A stretch of DNA of 63,305 nucleotides, the filler included, from Octopus bimaculoides (taxonomy: Eukaryota): the NCBI RefSeq assembly GCF_001194135.2. It is 5 parts of 5 records of this genome, joined end to end, with 100 filler letters (N's around TTAATTAATTAA, not from the genome) between each part and the next. Parts side by side here need not be neighbours in the genome. Positions count along the whole stretch, not along the records: positions 1 to 23,989 come from NC_068997.1; positions 24,090 to 46,155 come from NC_068991.1; 3 more parts are not named here. One strand, written 5' to 3'. The translations under genes were made by a program, and so were the position numbers. Of this stretch, positions 13,548 to 26,723 are shown piece by piece (positions within the stretch are counted from its first letter, which is position 1; each line of letters opens with the position of its first letter). A model generated the notes under the pieces. That model had not been told where the DNA came from, did no database searches, and saw only the letters and a list, made by a program, of their open reading frames with translations.

Positions 13548-14059
13548 ATTGGTGCTGCATTTTCAAAGTTTTCCTTATCCTATAAGAATTGCGGGTTCCC
13601 TTCCAGATGTTGCTAACGAGAGTTTTGAAAATGTTTGTTGTTTGGTTTGAGTTTTTATTATATATGACAGTACCTATTTGCGCTTTCTGTTGTGGTAGTA
13701 TTTTCCGACTGTTAAGTCCACCATCACTTCAAGATCACTATAGACAAGTTATCTTCCGAGAGATCGTTATGCCTACAAACCATTATGCCAAAACAGAAAT
13801 CGGGTACAAACACGGGAAGCACAAGTTGTTCTATAGATATGTATCCATATATATACATTAAATGTAAAATACAGAGCAATCTTCAGCTGCACTGATTGCT
13901 ATGCATTTTACATTTGATGTAATGCTCACATTGCTTAAATAAATGGAGTCGCATGAAACGATCGTACTGCATTAACCTGGAATATCCTTGTTGCTTATTT
14001 TGATTTTTAATCACCTTATTTTGGAATTGTTTAGATAATACCATACTTAATTATGCGTA

Positions 14060-14205
14060 TGTTTGTGTGTCTGGGTTTGTGCTCCCTCCATCGCTTGACG
14101 ACCGATGCTGGTGTGTTTACGTCCCAGCAACTTAGCGTAACTGGGGTCGAAATGTTCGACTGACGGAGGTGTTCCAGTACGGCCGCAGTCAAATGACTGA
14201 AGCAC
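14060..14205 (+). mobile_element. SINE family A, 3' fragment with internal deletion
   Basis: catcgcttgacgaccgatgctggtgtgtttacgtccc…ggccgcagtcaaatgactgaa. Confidence 0.85.
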
Positions 14206-16027
14206 ATAAAATAATGCATTTATATACAAACACGTACACCGACATAGGAAGAGGCTTGCAAAATTATTACTTCAATACAAGTACGTTCACATAGATGTAC
14301 ATGCTAACTCACGTACTCACAAATCTATGGAACTGTCTCGATTCAAAGAACGAAGACTTGCCACTTTATTAGTGACCAGCATGGATTCTTACATATACAT
14401 CCATACACACAAATCACGCATTCAGACATACTTAAATACGTACAGTCATATACATACATACATACATATATATATACATAAACACATATCTATGTATATA
14501 TGTGAATATATACATAGAGTGGAAGGAGAAAGAATGTAAGAGAGAGAGAGAGAGAGAGATGAAGAAGAGGCCTCGTTGACATTGGTAAAGGGCTAACATT
14601 TGTAAATGCTTCAGGTGATGATTGAATGAGGGCACTCTGCGAATTTGTATTATTATAGTATGGGACGCCATTGGTGTGATTTGCTTGAGGCACAAAAAGT
14701 AAATGCAAAAATCCCATTAGTGGTGTTACTGCTAAATAATACACGATCGTACATAAACGTGGGTGTGTTTTCGTTATATATATATATATATATNNNNNNN
14801 NNNNNNNNNNNNNNNNNNNNNNNNNNNNNNNNNNNNNNNNNNNNNNNNNNNNNNNNNNNNNNNNNNNNNNNNNNNNNNNNNNNNNNNNNNNNNNNNNNNN
14901 NNNNNNNNNNNNNNNNNNNNNNNNNNNNNNNNNNNNNNNNNNNNNNNNNNNNNNNNNNNNNNNNNNNNNNNNNNNNNNNNNNNNNNNNNNNNNNNNNNNN
15001 NNNNNNNNNNNNNNNNNNNNNNNNNNNNNNNNNNNNNNNNNNNNNNNNNNNNNNNNNNNNNNNNNNNNNNNNNNNNNNNNNNNNNNNNNNNNNNNNNNNN
15101 NNNNNNNNNNNNNNNNNNNNNNNNNNNNNNNNNNNNNNNNNNNNNNNNNNNNNNNNNNNNNNNNNNNNNNNNNNNNNNNNNNNNNNNNNNNNNNNNNNNN
15201 NNNNNNNNNNNNNNNNNNNNNNNNNNNNNNNNNNNNNNNNNNNNNNNNNNNNNNNNNNNNNNNNNNNNNNNNNNNNNNNNNNNNNNNNNNNNNNNNNNNN
15301 NNNNNNNNNNNNNNNNNNNNNNNNNNNNNNNNNNNNNNNNNNNNNNNNNNNNNNNNNNNNNNNNNNNNNNNNNNNNNNNNNNNNNNNNNNNNNNNNNNNN
15401 NNNNNNNNNNNNNNNNNNNNNNNNNNNNNNNNNNNNNNNNNNNNNNNNNNNNNNNNNNNNNNNNNNNNNNNNNNNNNNNNNNNNNNNNNNNNNNNNNNNN
15501 NNNNNNNNNNNNNNNNNNNNNNNNNNNNNNNNNNNNNNNNNNNNNNNNNNNNNNNNNNNNNNNNNNNNNNNNNNNNNNNNNNNNNNNNNNNNNNNNNNNN
15601 NNNNNNNNNNNNNNNNNNNNNNNNNNNNNNNNNNNNNNNNNNNNNNNNNNNNNNNNNNNNNNNNNNNNNNNNNNNNNNNNNNNNNNNNNNNNNNNNNNNN
15701 NNNNNNNNNNATATATATATATATATATATATAATGTTACTTCTACATCAACACACCGTATATTCAATAGTATGTTTACATGCTTAAGACGTATATAATC
15801 TTGTTGCTTGATGAAACTTGAGTTGATGTGTTTCATGTTTATTACAGCTCAGGTTTTAAGAGTGAGTTGTACACAATTTCTTTATATCATATCCCTATCC
15901 ATCATCCACCCACCCTTCCACCCGCCTACCTATCCATCTGTATATAAAATTACATACGTACTTACAAATAAATGCTTTATTCTTTCTACTACAGATACGA
16001 AAACTGAAAGGTTGCCGGAGGAGGCTG

Positions 16028-16179
16028 GCCGATTACATCAACCACAGTTGCGTAGCTGGTACTCGTTTGATCGCTCTAGAAAGGATGAAAGCTAAAGTCG
16101 ACCACGGCGGAATTTGAACTCCGAATTTCGAGAGAATGAAATGTTGCCATGTAATTTGTCCGGCGTGCTGACGATCCTG
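16028..16179 (-). mobile_element. SINE family B, diverged
   Basis: gaaaggatgaaagctaaagtcgaccacggcggaatttgaactc is the reverse complement of the central domain and B box. Confidence 0.8.
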
Positions 16180-16212
16180 ACATATATACGTATACAATAT
16201 ATTCATATACAT

Positions 16213-16263
<51 letters not shown>

Positions 16264-16338
16264 TATATAATACATTTATATGGGTACATAGATCTATGTA
16301 TATATATGTATATATATACACAGATATATGTATATATA

Positions 16339-16395
16339 TAGAGAGATAGATAGATAGATAGTCAGTGAGAGAGAAAGGGTGTGAGAGAGAGAGAT

Positions 16396-16451
<56 letters not shown>

Positions 16452-16452
16452 A
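16339..16452. repeat. (GATA)n/(GA)n microsatellite
   Basis: Seen directly. Confidence 0.9.
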
Positions 16453-17582
16453 GAGATGGTTGAGGGCTGAGAGAAAATGAGAGAGAGAATTCCGATATTA
16501 TCAGCACTGGTCGCAAATATGAATTTAGGAGCTCGAACGAGATTTGAACTCAAGACGCGTTATCATCGAAATCCTCCTTAAGTCCACCACCAGAAGCCAC
16601 TAACTACAGCATCTGCTCTAAAAATCAACAGAAATTACATTAGATTTGGATTCGTACTACTCGCCTCAATGTAAATGCACATCGTACACCACCTATCACC
16701 TATACGATTATACAAACGTACAAAAATGAAAGGAAACAATGTTACGTGAAGGGGACAATTATTTACTGCGGAGTTTTCGGTCCTCCAAAGTCATCTTGGT
16801 GTATAAATCAGCCTACAATTTTTGGCGGTAAATTTTAGAGTGAAAAATTCTACTTTTATGCAAGAAAATGCGGTAAATAACGGAACTAGTTATAGGTTGC
16901 TATTATATAGTCGCAAGGCAAAAAAAAGTCCCTTCGATATTACTCGACTTCTTCAAACACGAATATACTATCTTAAAATGGAGAATTGTGGACTCAGAAT
17001 AGTATAGTTTTAAATATATTACGCCTCAAAAAGACGAGACAGTCATTTCTGGTATGCCTTATGTAGAGTTGCCACGTTAAGTATATGAGAATCAAACAAT
17101 CTAGAAATACGGACTCTGCTTTAATTGTAAACTGCATGGTGGTAATGTCTTCGTGTGAATGATCAACGTAAGTCAACGATGAAACGATGCTAAAGCTTTT
17201 GACAGTCACTTGTTTTTAATTTAATGAAGTTAATTGATCGTTAATCAGCCACAGTTGTAGTGTAACGACAAATTTTCAGATTTCAACAATCTATTGAAAT
17301 ATTCAAGAGGCGTCGGCAATCAATACAAAATCTGAATCGAAGCAATTAAGCAATTAATTGTTCAAATATCGCCAAGTTTCTGACGTGTTGCAAACTAAAG
17401 AATTGTACGTTGATACGTTAATGTGTATGTCCACCGAAGCATTTGGAATCTCAGATATAATGGTACATTTATTCGCAGACACAACAACACGCACACACAA
17501 CAACACGCACACACACACACATACACACACACACACACGCACGCATATAGTATATTAAGGCACTGTACAAATTCGTGTGGAG

Positions 17583-17803
17583 TAATATTAGTTTCAAATT
17601 TTGGCACAAGGCCAGGAAGTTCGGGGAAGTGTGGTAAGTCGAGTAAATCAACACCAGGGCTCAACTAGAACTTCTTTTATCGACCCTGAAAGGATGAAAG
17701 AGAAAGTCGAATTCGGCGGAATTTGAACTCAGAACGTAAAGACGGACGAAATGCTACTAAGCATTTCATCCGCTGTGCTAACCATACTACCAGCTCACCA
17801 CCT
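17583..17803 (-). mobile_element. SINE family B, near full length, tail type 2
   Basis: ggcacaaggcc tail, gaaaggatgaaag central domain, ggaatttgaactcagaacgtaaag B box, ccagctcaccacc head. Confidence 0.9.
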
Positions 17804-17961
17804 TATAGCCTGGTATAATATAGTGCAATGTAACATGGGATAGTGTAGTTTAGTGTAATCCGGTGTAAACAACCATGGTGTTGTCTGAAAACAAGCAGAT
17901 GTACAGCTCTTGAAGCTTTGATTAAGACGACGGTTTGTTTAAATATTTATAATATGTAGAC

Positions 17962-18193
17962 GAAGGTGAGCTGGCAGAAACGGTAGCATACCGGGCGAAA
18001 TGCTTAGTAGTATTTCGTCTGCCATTACGTTCTGAGTTCAAATTCCGCCGAGGCCGACTTTGCCTTTCATCCTTTCGGGGTCGATAAATTAAGTACCAGT
18101 TACGCACTGAGGTCGATTTAATCGACTTAATCCCTTTGTCTGTCCTTGTGTGTCCCCTCTGTGTTTACCCCCCTGTGGGCAATAAAGATATAA
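17962..18193 (+). mobile_element. SINE family B, full length, tail type 1
   Basis: gaaggtgagctggcagaaac head, ctgagttcaaatt B box, central domain, then aatccctttgtctgtcc…ctgtgggcaataaaga tail. Confidence 0.92.
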
Positions 18194-18395
18194 GAAACGT
18201 TAGAACGCCGGGAGAACTGCTCAGCAGTATTTCGTCTGCCATTACGTTCTGAGTTCAAATTCCGCCGAGGTCGACTTTGCCTTTCATCCTTTCAGGGTCG
18301 ATAAAAAATGTAGCCGTTGAACACTGGGGGCTTTGTAATCAACTAACCCCCTCTCCCCAAATTCCAGGCCTTGTGCTAATAGTACAAAAAAAATA
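18194..18395 (+). mobile_element. SINE family B, 5'-clipped, tail type 2, fused to the preceding copy
   Basis: Begins at agaaacgttag directly after the previous tail; ends ccaggccttgtgctaatagtac. Confidence 0.9.
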
Positions 18396-18477
18396 ACAAA
18401 AGACATTCCATTGAAGAATACAATACAGCGTTGCGTTGCGTATTGCACTCTAATGCAATAGTTTACAGTATTAGACG

Positions 18478-18890
18478 TAGGAGTGGCTGTGTCGTAAGTA
18501 ACTTACTTACGAACCAGGTGGTTCCGGGTTCATTCCTACTGCGTGGTACCTTGTGCAAGTGTCTTCTACTATAGCCTCGGGCCGACCAAGGCCGTCTTAG
18601 TGGACTTGATAGATGGAAACTGAAAGAAGACTGTCGTATATATGTATATATATATGTGTATGTATGTGCGTGTATATATGTTTGTCTGTTTGTCCCCCCA
18701 ACATCGCTTGATAACCGATGCTGTTGTGTTTACGTCCCCGTAACCTAGTGGTTCGGCAAAAGAGACCGATAGAATAAGTACTAGGCTTGCAAAGAATAAG
18801 TCCTGGGTGTCGATTTGCTCGACTAAAGGCGGTGCTCCAGCATGGCCGCAGTCAAAGGACTGAAACAAGTAAAAGAGTAATAAAAGAGTA
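18478..18890 (+). mobile_element. SINE family A, full length
   Basis: A-box-like tggctgtgtcg, B-box-like ggttcattcct, CORE-like accttgtgcaagtgtcttc, internal TA/TG tract, 3' end ggccgcagtcaaaggactgaaacaag(taaaagag)n. Confidence 0.92.
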
Positions 18891-19656
18891 TTGGGAAATA
18901 CAGTATAGTACTGAGTATTGTAGTGTAGCATTGTGTCAGGTGATACTGAAGTAGCGTATAGTGCATTGTAGAACAATATACCGCAGCATAGTACGGTTTC
19001 ATAGATTATAGTACATTGTAGATCTATACGTGTATGGGGGTAANNNNNNNNNNNNNNNNNNNNNNNNNNNNNNNNNNNNNNNNNNNNNNNNNNNNNNNNN
19101 NNNNNNNNNNNNNNNNNNNNNNNNNNNNNNNNNNNNNNNNNNNNNNNNNNNNNNNNNNNNNNNNNNNNNNNNNNNNNNNNNNNNNNNNNNNNNNNNNNNN
19201 NNNNNNNNNNNNNNNNNNNNNNNNNNNNNNNNNNNNNNNNNNNNNNNNNNNNNNNNNNNNNNNNNNNNNNNNNNNNNNNNNNNNNNNNNNNNNNNNNNNN
19301 NNNNNNNNNNNNNNNNNNNNNNNNNNNNNNNNNNNNNNNNNNNNNNNNNNNNNNNNNNNNNNNNNNNNNNNNNNNNNNNNNNNNNNNNNNNNNNNNNNNN
19401 NNNNNNNNNNNNNNNNNNNNNNNNNNNNNNNNNNNNNNNNNNNNNNNNNNNNNNNNNNNNNNNNNNNNNNNNNNNNNNNNNNNNNNNNNNNNNNNNNNNN
19501 NNNNNNNNNNNNNNNNNNNNNNNNNNNNNNNNNATTTATAAATGTGTGAATATGTATATATATATGTAAACACAAACATATACATAAATGTATACATACA
19601 CACATATACGCACACAAACACACACACACATATATGTAAATGTGTATGTTTGCATG

Positions 19657-19719
<63 letters not shown>

Positions 19720-19753
19720 GTATATATATATATACATATATAAGTGTGTGTAT

Positions 19754-19799
<46 letters not shown>

Positions 19800-21754
19800 G
19801 AATACAGGCAAATATAGAGAGACATATTATCACACACACATATACACATACGCACATACACACACACACACACGCGCGTATACACATGCATAAACACAAG
19901 CACACATATATAAGCACACATATTTACATTCACACAAAAATAAAGCAAAGACCAAGAAAAAAAAACAACAAGAGCAAAAAAAAAAATACCAAAAGATGAA
20001 ACAAAACAATAGAGAAAAAAATACAAAAAAATTACTGATATTCCGTTATTACATCTCTCTACCAGCAATACCAATGCACATATGCTTATTAAACGTGTTG
20101 TAGCCATTATGTTTTGGGCTAAGAACAATTTCATGAATCTCAGTTACCTTTTATTCCGCATACATATATGGTGGCCAAAAATGGACGTTGGCATAATCTG
20201 AATAGATTTTTTTTTTTTTTTTGTGTGTGTGTGTTTTGTTTTGTATTCTTTTGTTCCAATTCACTTTTACACCAATGTAACATCGGCCATTAGATTCCTT
20301 CATGTTCTATTGTCGGCTATTGTTTCTTACACTCAGGTTTAGCGTTGCTGAAATGTAATTACATACATACATACATACAGACATACATACATACACACAC
20401 ACACATACATACACATACACAGATACGTTGTGTGTATATATATATAAACTCATATGTTCCTTTTCAACCTTCTACATATACATACACACATACATACATA
20501 CATACATACATACANNNNNNNNNNNNNNNNNNNNNNNNNNNNNNNNNNNNNNNNNNNNNNNNNNNNNNNNNNNNNNNNNNNNNNNNNNNNNNNNNNNNNN
20601 NNNNNNNNNNNNNNNNNNNNNNNNNNNNNNNNNNNNNNNNNNNNNNNNNNNNNNNNNNNNNNNNNNNNNNNNNNNNNNNNNNNNNNNNNNNNNNNNNNNN
20701 NNNNNNNNNNNNNNNNNNNNNNNNNNNNNNNNNNNNNNNNNNNNNNNNNNNNNNNNNNNNNNNNNNNNNNNNNNNNNNNNNNNNNNNNNNNNNNNNNNNN
20801 NNNNNNNNNNNNNNNNNNNATATATATATGCTGTAGATTTTACCAGGAAATATTCTTTTAAAGAGAATGTATCTATCTGTCTATCTGTCAGTATGTTTGC
20901 CTATCTCTCTATCTGTCTGTCCATCTACCTATCTTAGGCGCATAAATTCACAAATTAATCGTATTTCCAGGTGATCCGTGTACATTGCTTTGATAAGCTG
21001 CAGAATTGGTGAAATAACGGTATCCGCCATTCTCGGTGATTGAAGGCGAGTTGCCTTGCCTGCTCTGAATCCCTCGGCGTCGTTTAGGGTGCTTTCCCCG
21101 AACGCTATTATGCAGCAAATGGGCGTTTAAACAAAACACATACACTTTGTGCATGCGACCAATAATGTTTACATTACCAGACCAGACCTGTTTTTAATTC
21201 GTAATTTAATACAGAATGACACACACACACACACACACAATTCATATATATATGTATTAAATACGGTGAATACATATCGATGCTCCTATGATGCTACACA
21301 AACGTTTTAGCTTCATTAACATCTCACATTTTTCGTAAAATCGTAGATGACAAAAATCTCATTTCTACCTTCTAAAAATTCAGTAGGGCCTTTAGCCTTT
21401 CTCTGACTGCCCCACGTCTTCAAAATACACTGTGAAACCGAGACACTGCTACAAGACTAATAATGACAAGAATAAATGAAGTCATAACAGTCTGCCATGT
21501 CCCAGAAAAACACCTCTATCTCTATCTTGAGATCCTTAGTATCATGTGGTCCTTAATCGTTTCTTTTTTTTACTTATAGACTTCTTTGATTACAATTTCA
21601 TTCTGGTGGACCTCCATCACCATTCGATGTTTAAAGACTAATTTTATAGATACTTCTTTCAAAATTCATATTTTGCTTTACACACGTTCTCTTGTATAAG
21701 TTTTGCAATTGCGCTCTTTGAGAGAGCATATTTCGGTGTCAGAAATATGTTAAA

Positions 21755-22160
21755 CTATTCTTTTACTCTTTTACTTTTTTCAGTCATTTGAATGCAGCCA
21801 TGCTTGGGCGCCGCCTTAAAGGATTTTATAGTCAAAGAAATTGACCACAAGACTTTGTAAACCTAGTTCTTATTCTATCCGTCTCTTTTGCTGAACCGCT
21901 ACGTTACGGAGACGCAAGCACACTAACATCAGTTGTCAAGCGGCGATGGTTGGGTCAAATATTGTCAAACACACACACACACACATGCAACTGGCTTCTT
22001 TCAGTTTCTACCTACCAAATCCACTTACAAGACTCTTGCTCAAGTAGAATACACTACAGAAGAAGCTATCGTAGAAGACACCTGTTCAAGGTACCACGCT
22101 GTGGGACTGAACTCGGATTTATGTGGTTGGGAAGCAAGCTTCTTACCACCATTCTACGTC
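21755..22160 (-). mobile_element. SINE family A, full length, diverged
   Basis: Reverse complement carries all family A blocks from ggtaagaagcttgcttcccaaccac to the taaaagagtaaaagaat tail. Confidence 0.88.
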
Positions 22161-22576
22161 TGTAAAATATTAAAGAAACCTCGATGTTTCCAGCAATAAA
22201 TACATCTGAAACCAAATATTTTGAAGGGCCCCCAAAAGCACTACCGAGCGCCTCCAATTAAAGATTTTGCTTGCATGGACTACACCAAAATCTTAGATGG
22301 GTCTTCAACGGTCGTCTGGGACTTGGTTGACAATCATTGCTCTTCAAGGTCGTTCACTCTGCTAAAAATATCAAATAAAGATAATCAACTCATACATTAC
22401 TTTCTCTCTCGGAAAGAAGAAAACAAAAGACATCGTCGAACACAAACTTACAGGATGGTCATGAATGCAAAGCATTTCATCCTTGGTTCTATTTCATGAA
22501 GTAAACAACCTGAAGAAGAACCAGATTAACAATAATAACAATAAGAACAACACTACCGGATTCTTAGGAGTGTTAT

Positions 22577-22830
22577 CTTTTATCTTTTGCATGTTACAGT
22601 CATTAGACTGCGGTCATGCTGGGGCAGTGCTTTCAAGACTTTTGTTAGTCGAATGAATTGACCTCAGTAATTATTTCTATTTTTTCTTTTGTTTTAAGCT
22701 TGGTATATAATCGATCGGACTATTTTTTTTTTCACTGAACCGTTAGCTTACGCGGACGTAAACAAACCAATATTGCCAACATTGGTTGCCAAGCGGTGGA
22801 TAAAAATAGACACAAAGACACATACACACA
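22577..22830 (-). mobile_element. SINE family A, 3' half, diverged
   Basis: cagtcattagactgcggtcatgctgg and ccaagcggtgg blocks. Confidence 0.75.
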
Positions 22831-22840
22831 CACACACACC

Positions 22841-22888
<48 letters not shown>

Positions 22889-23093
22889 CCATGGTAATTA
22901 CAGCGTACACAATTCATGTACAGAAAGTCGAAAAAATTTTTTTTCACAAACAAATAATTTAATGAACAAATCGAACGCTCATAGATATATAGATATATAT
23001 ATGACTGAACAGATAAGAGAATAAAAGAATATATATAAATATATATTCATATATATATATATATATTCATATATATATATGTATATATATATA

Positions 23094-23149
<56 letters not shown>

Positions 23150-23167
23150 CTTAAATATAAACACATC

Positions 23168-23391
23168 AAGGCTGAAAACGATCAGAACCGTCAAGCACGC
23201 CGGATAAAATGCTTACCGGCATTTCGTCTGTCTTTACTTTCTGAGTTCAAATTCTGCCGAGGTCGACTCTGCTTAGCATTTTTTCGAGGTGGAGGAAATA
23301 CGTACCAGATGTGTACTGCGGACGATGTAATCGACTCTCCACTCCACCGAAATTTCAGGCCGTGTGCCTATTGCAGAAAACATCATTATGT
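23168..23391 (+). mobile_element. SINE family B, full length, diverged
   Basis: gcacgccggataaaatgctta…ctgagttcaaattctgccgaggtcgac…tttcaggccgtgtgcc. Confidence 0.85.
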
Positions 23392-24033
23392 ATAACCACA
23401 TAAACACACACACACACACACACACGCGCGCAGAATAGAAGAGAGAGAAATTTGTAGATAGACAGATAGATTTTTTAGTATTTAAGCAATAGTATTGATA
23501 GCCAATGTCAGGAGCAGAATGTGCTTAAGTCCAAGCCATTTATCTGACTGCACGTCTCCACAAATAAACACACAAATAGATTAAGTACAAACGATCAGTT
23601 ACTTTCTTTCTTACAACCTCTTTGACATGATATATATTTAGTTCATCATATATATTTAAGTGTCATTCCGCATCTCGAGACTTTTCCATCTGACTCCTTC
23701 CTCCGTATCTCGCACACTCTAAAAGTTTTACTTATATGCCTGCATGTCTTTATGTCACGTTCTCTGTTTTCCAGCATGTCTGCATTCCGGTCTGCATGGC
23801 CTGCTCGCCTGCATTCCTACTGTCTTGCCTTCGTGCCTGCACGCATGCGTGCCGACCTTCCTGCTTCCCTGGCCGCCAGACACTTAGATCCTGCAAGTGT
23901 GTCCATATATATGTTTGTATATGTATGTATGTATTATGTATGTACGAATACGTATGCCTGTATGTATATGTATATATATATATATATATNNNNNNNNNNN
24001 NNNNNNNNNNNNNNNNNNNNNNNNNNNNNNNNN

Positions 24034-24045
24034 TTAATTAATTAA
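24034..24045. other. Artificial scaffold linker TTAATTAATTAA (six-frame stop) inside a 100-nt join
   Basis: 44 N + 12-mer + 44 N (23990-24089); identical structure at three other sites. Confidence 0.95.
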
Positions 24046-24287
24046 NNNNNNNNNNNNNNNNNNNNNNNNNNNNNNNNNNNNNNNNNNNNACATATACATA
24101 CATTATATATATATACATATACATACATTATATATGTATACATATACATATATGTGTGTATATATGTATATATGTCCAAATATATATACGTGTGCGTGTG
24201 TGTACGTGTGTGTACGTGTGTGTATGTGCACGCACGTTCGAATGTGCCCCTATAGCTGATATTTCGTATAAAAATAGATCTATAAAC

Positions 24288-24328
<41 letters not shown>

Positions 24329-25566
24329 NNNNNNNNNNNNNNNNNNNNNNNNNNNNNNNNNNNNNNNNNNNNNNNNNNNNNNNNNNNNNNNNNNNNNNNN
24401 NNNNNNNNNNNNNNNNNNNNNNNNNNNNNNNNNNNNNNNNNNNNNNNNNNNNNNNNNNNNNNNNNNNNNNNNNNNNNNNNNNNNNNNNNNNNNNNNNNNN
24501 NNNNNNNNNNNNNNNNNNNNNNNNNNNNNNNNNNNNNNNNNNNNNNNNNNNNNNNNNNNNNNNNNNNNNNNNNNNNNNNNNNNNNNNNNNNNNNNNNNNN
24601 NNNNNNNNNNNNNNNNNNNNNNNNNNNNNNNNNNNNNNNNNNNNNNNNNNNNNNNNNNNNNNNNNNNNNNNNNNNNNNNNNNNNNNNNNNNNNNNNNNNN
24701 NNNNNNNNNNNNNNNNNNNNNNNNNNNNNNNNNNNNNNNNNNNNNNNNNNNNNNNNNNNNNNNNNNNNNNNNNNNNNNNNNNNNNNNNNNNNNNNNNNNN
24801 NNNNNNNNNNNNNNNNNNNNNNNNNNNNNNNNNNNNNNNNNNNNNNNNNNNNNNNNNNNNNNNNNNNNNNNNNNNNNNNNNNNNNNNNNNNNNNNNNNNN
24901 NNNNNNNNNNNNNNNNNNNNNNNNNNNNNNNNNNNNNNNNNNNNNNNNNNNNNNNNNNNNNNNNNNNNNNNNNNNNNNNNNNNNNNNNNNNNNNNNNNNN
25001 NNNNNNNNNNCTGCCGTAAAAGTAGATTATGGAAATATTATTTCGGAAAAAGTATCATGCCAACATTTTCCTCATCGCTATTCATAGATCTTTTGAAATG
25101 ATAAAACTTTACCTACAATTATGATTTTATTTGAGAAAATTGTTTTGTATTTGTTTGTAGTTTTGTGTCAATGACTTTTGTCTCTTTAGGCATGTGTTTA
25201 CATGTGTGCAAATATACATTTGTGTTGTTTATGGCACATATACGCTTGTGCATCTGTGTGTTATGTATGTGTGTGTGTGTGTGTGTGCGTGTGTGTGTGT
25301 GTGTGTGCGTGTGTGTGTACTTGTTATTAGTGAGCTTGCAAGTAATTGTTAATATGCATTCACGTATGCGTGTCTTTATGTACATTATCACTCTCTCTAT
25401 ATATATGTGTATGTGTGTGTGTGTGTGTGTGTATGTATGCATGTATGCATTTTGTATAAAAATACATCTATAAAGGTACATACTTACATATATATGTGTG
25501 TGTATCTATACAAATATATATATACACACACACATATATGCATATATATATATATANNNNNNNNNN

Positions 25567-25600
<34 letters not shown>

Positions 25601-26723
25601 GAGATTTATTAAATTCTTTATAGAATTAAATCGGGTCACTAAAAAAGTGACAACCGTCTATTGTTTTAAAAATTAGATCTTCGGAATATATGCAAAAATA
25701 TATGTACTCATATAATGGGTCCGCATTTCCTCTACTTCCCCAATATCTGTTCTTTGTTGGTCTTATATATGCATGTGTTTGCCACTTACAAGTATATACT
25801 TGTATGCATGTGTTTGAGTGCCTGTTTGTTCATCTGTGTGTGCGTGTGTGTGTATGTGTGCTTTATGCGTTTGTTATTGTGTCTCTTATTGTTTAGTTGT
25901 CACTCTGTATGCATGTGTATATGTGTATTAGTTCTTGTTGTCTAGTCCTACATCTGCCTCGACCGTGTATTCCCTATGGTCAAAGGCGTGGCCACCACGC
26001 CTTTCTGTACGCATGTAATTACACTCTACCTGTCACTTATTCTGAAAACGTGGTTCCGAGGTCCTTGTTGTCAATGCTGTGATTGTTAGAGTTGTATACA
26101 TCCGGGTCGAGGAAATCTATGAGTCTTAAGCATGCCTATCTAACCGTGGCCATCCTGTTCAACCAGAAACCTTGAATCACATTATTCGACGAGTCTTATT
26201 CCTTATTCGGAAAGTGTGACTTTTGTGGAATACTTTGCTGCTATTTCCAGGAGGTCAAGCAACAACATAGCGCGTACAGTGGTTGAGATATATATATATA
26301 TATATATATTGTTTTCTTAATGATATTGTTGTTCTGCTTGTCATTCCTGTTGTTGGTATTTCTCCCCATAGCAACAGGCGTATGTGTCTTCTTTCTCCTC
26401 TTTTTCCACCTCTATTGTATTGCAACCACCACTCAACCAATCTAATCGTTATGTCCGCTCTAATCCTTAATTCCAGTCTTTTCTTCCCAGAGCATTTTGC
26501 TTCTAGAATTCTCTCCCTGCTCAAATCTTTATCGAGGGTGTTGATTTGCGAAGACGCAAGAGGTAGTAGCAGCACCAAACTCACCAGCCTAGGAGAGGTT
26601 TTGCTAAGACCATGAACACAGCACTTTCCATTACACAAAGGAAGTAAAAAGAATCGTAATGTCAGAGACGGCCACGCATAGTTTGTCTAGATACAGTTTA
26701 TCTATGGCTAAACTAAAACATGT

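Noticed and set aside
20948-21154. Minus-strand 68-aa ORF resembling a cytoplasmic tail
   Set aside because: Length within chance expectation, weak acceptor, no recognisable motif
26255-26638. Overlapping 127-aa (minus) and 110-aa (plus) ORFs
   Set aside because: Both include (TA)n and pyrimidine/purine-biased low-complexity DNA that suppresses stops; no recognisable domain
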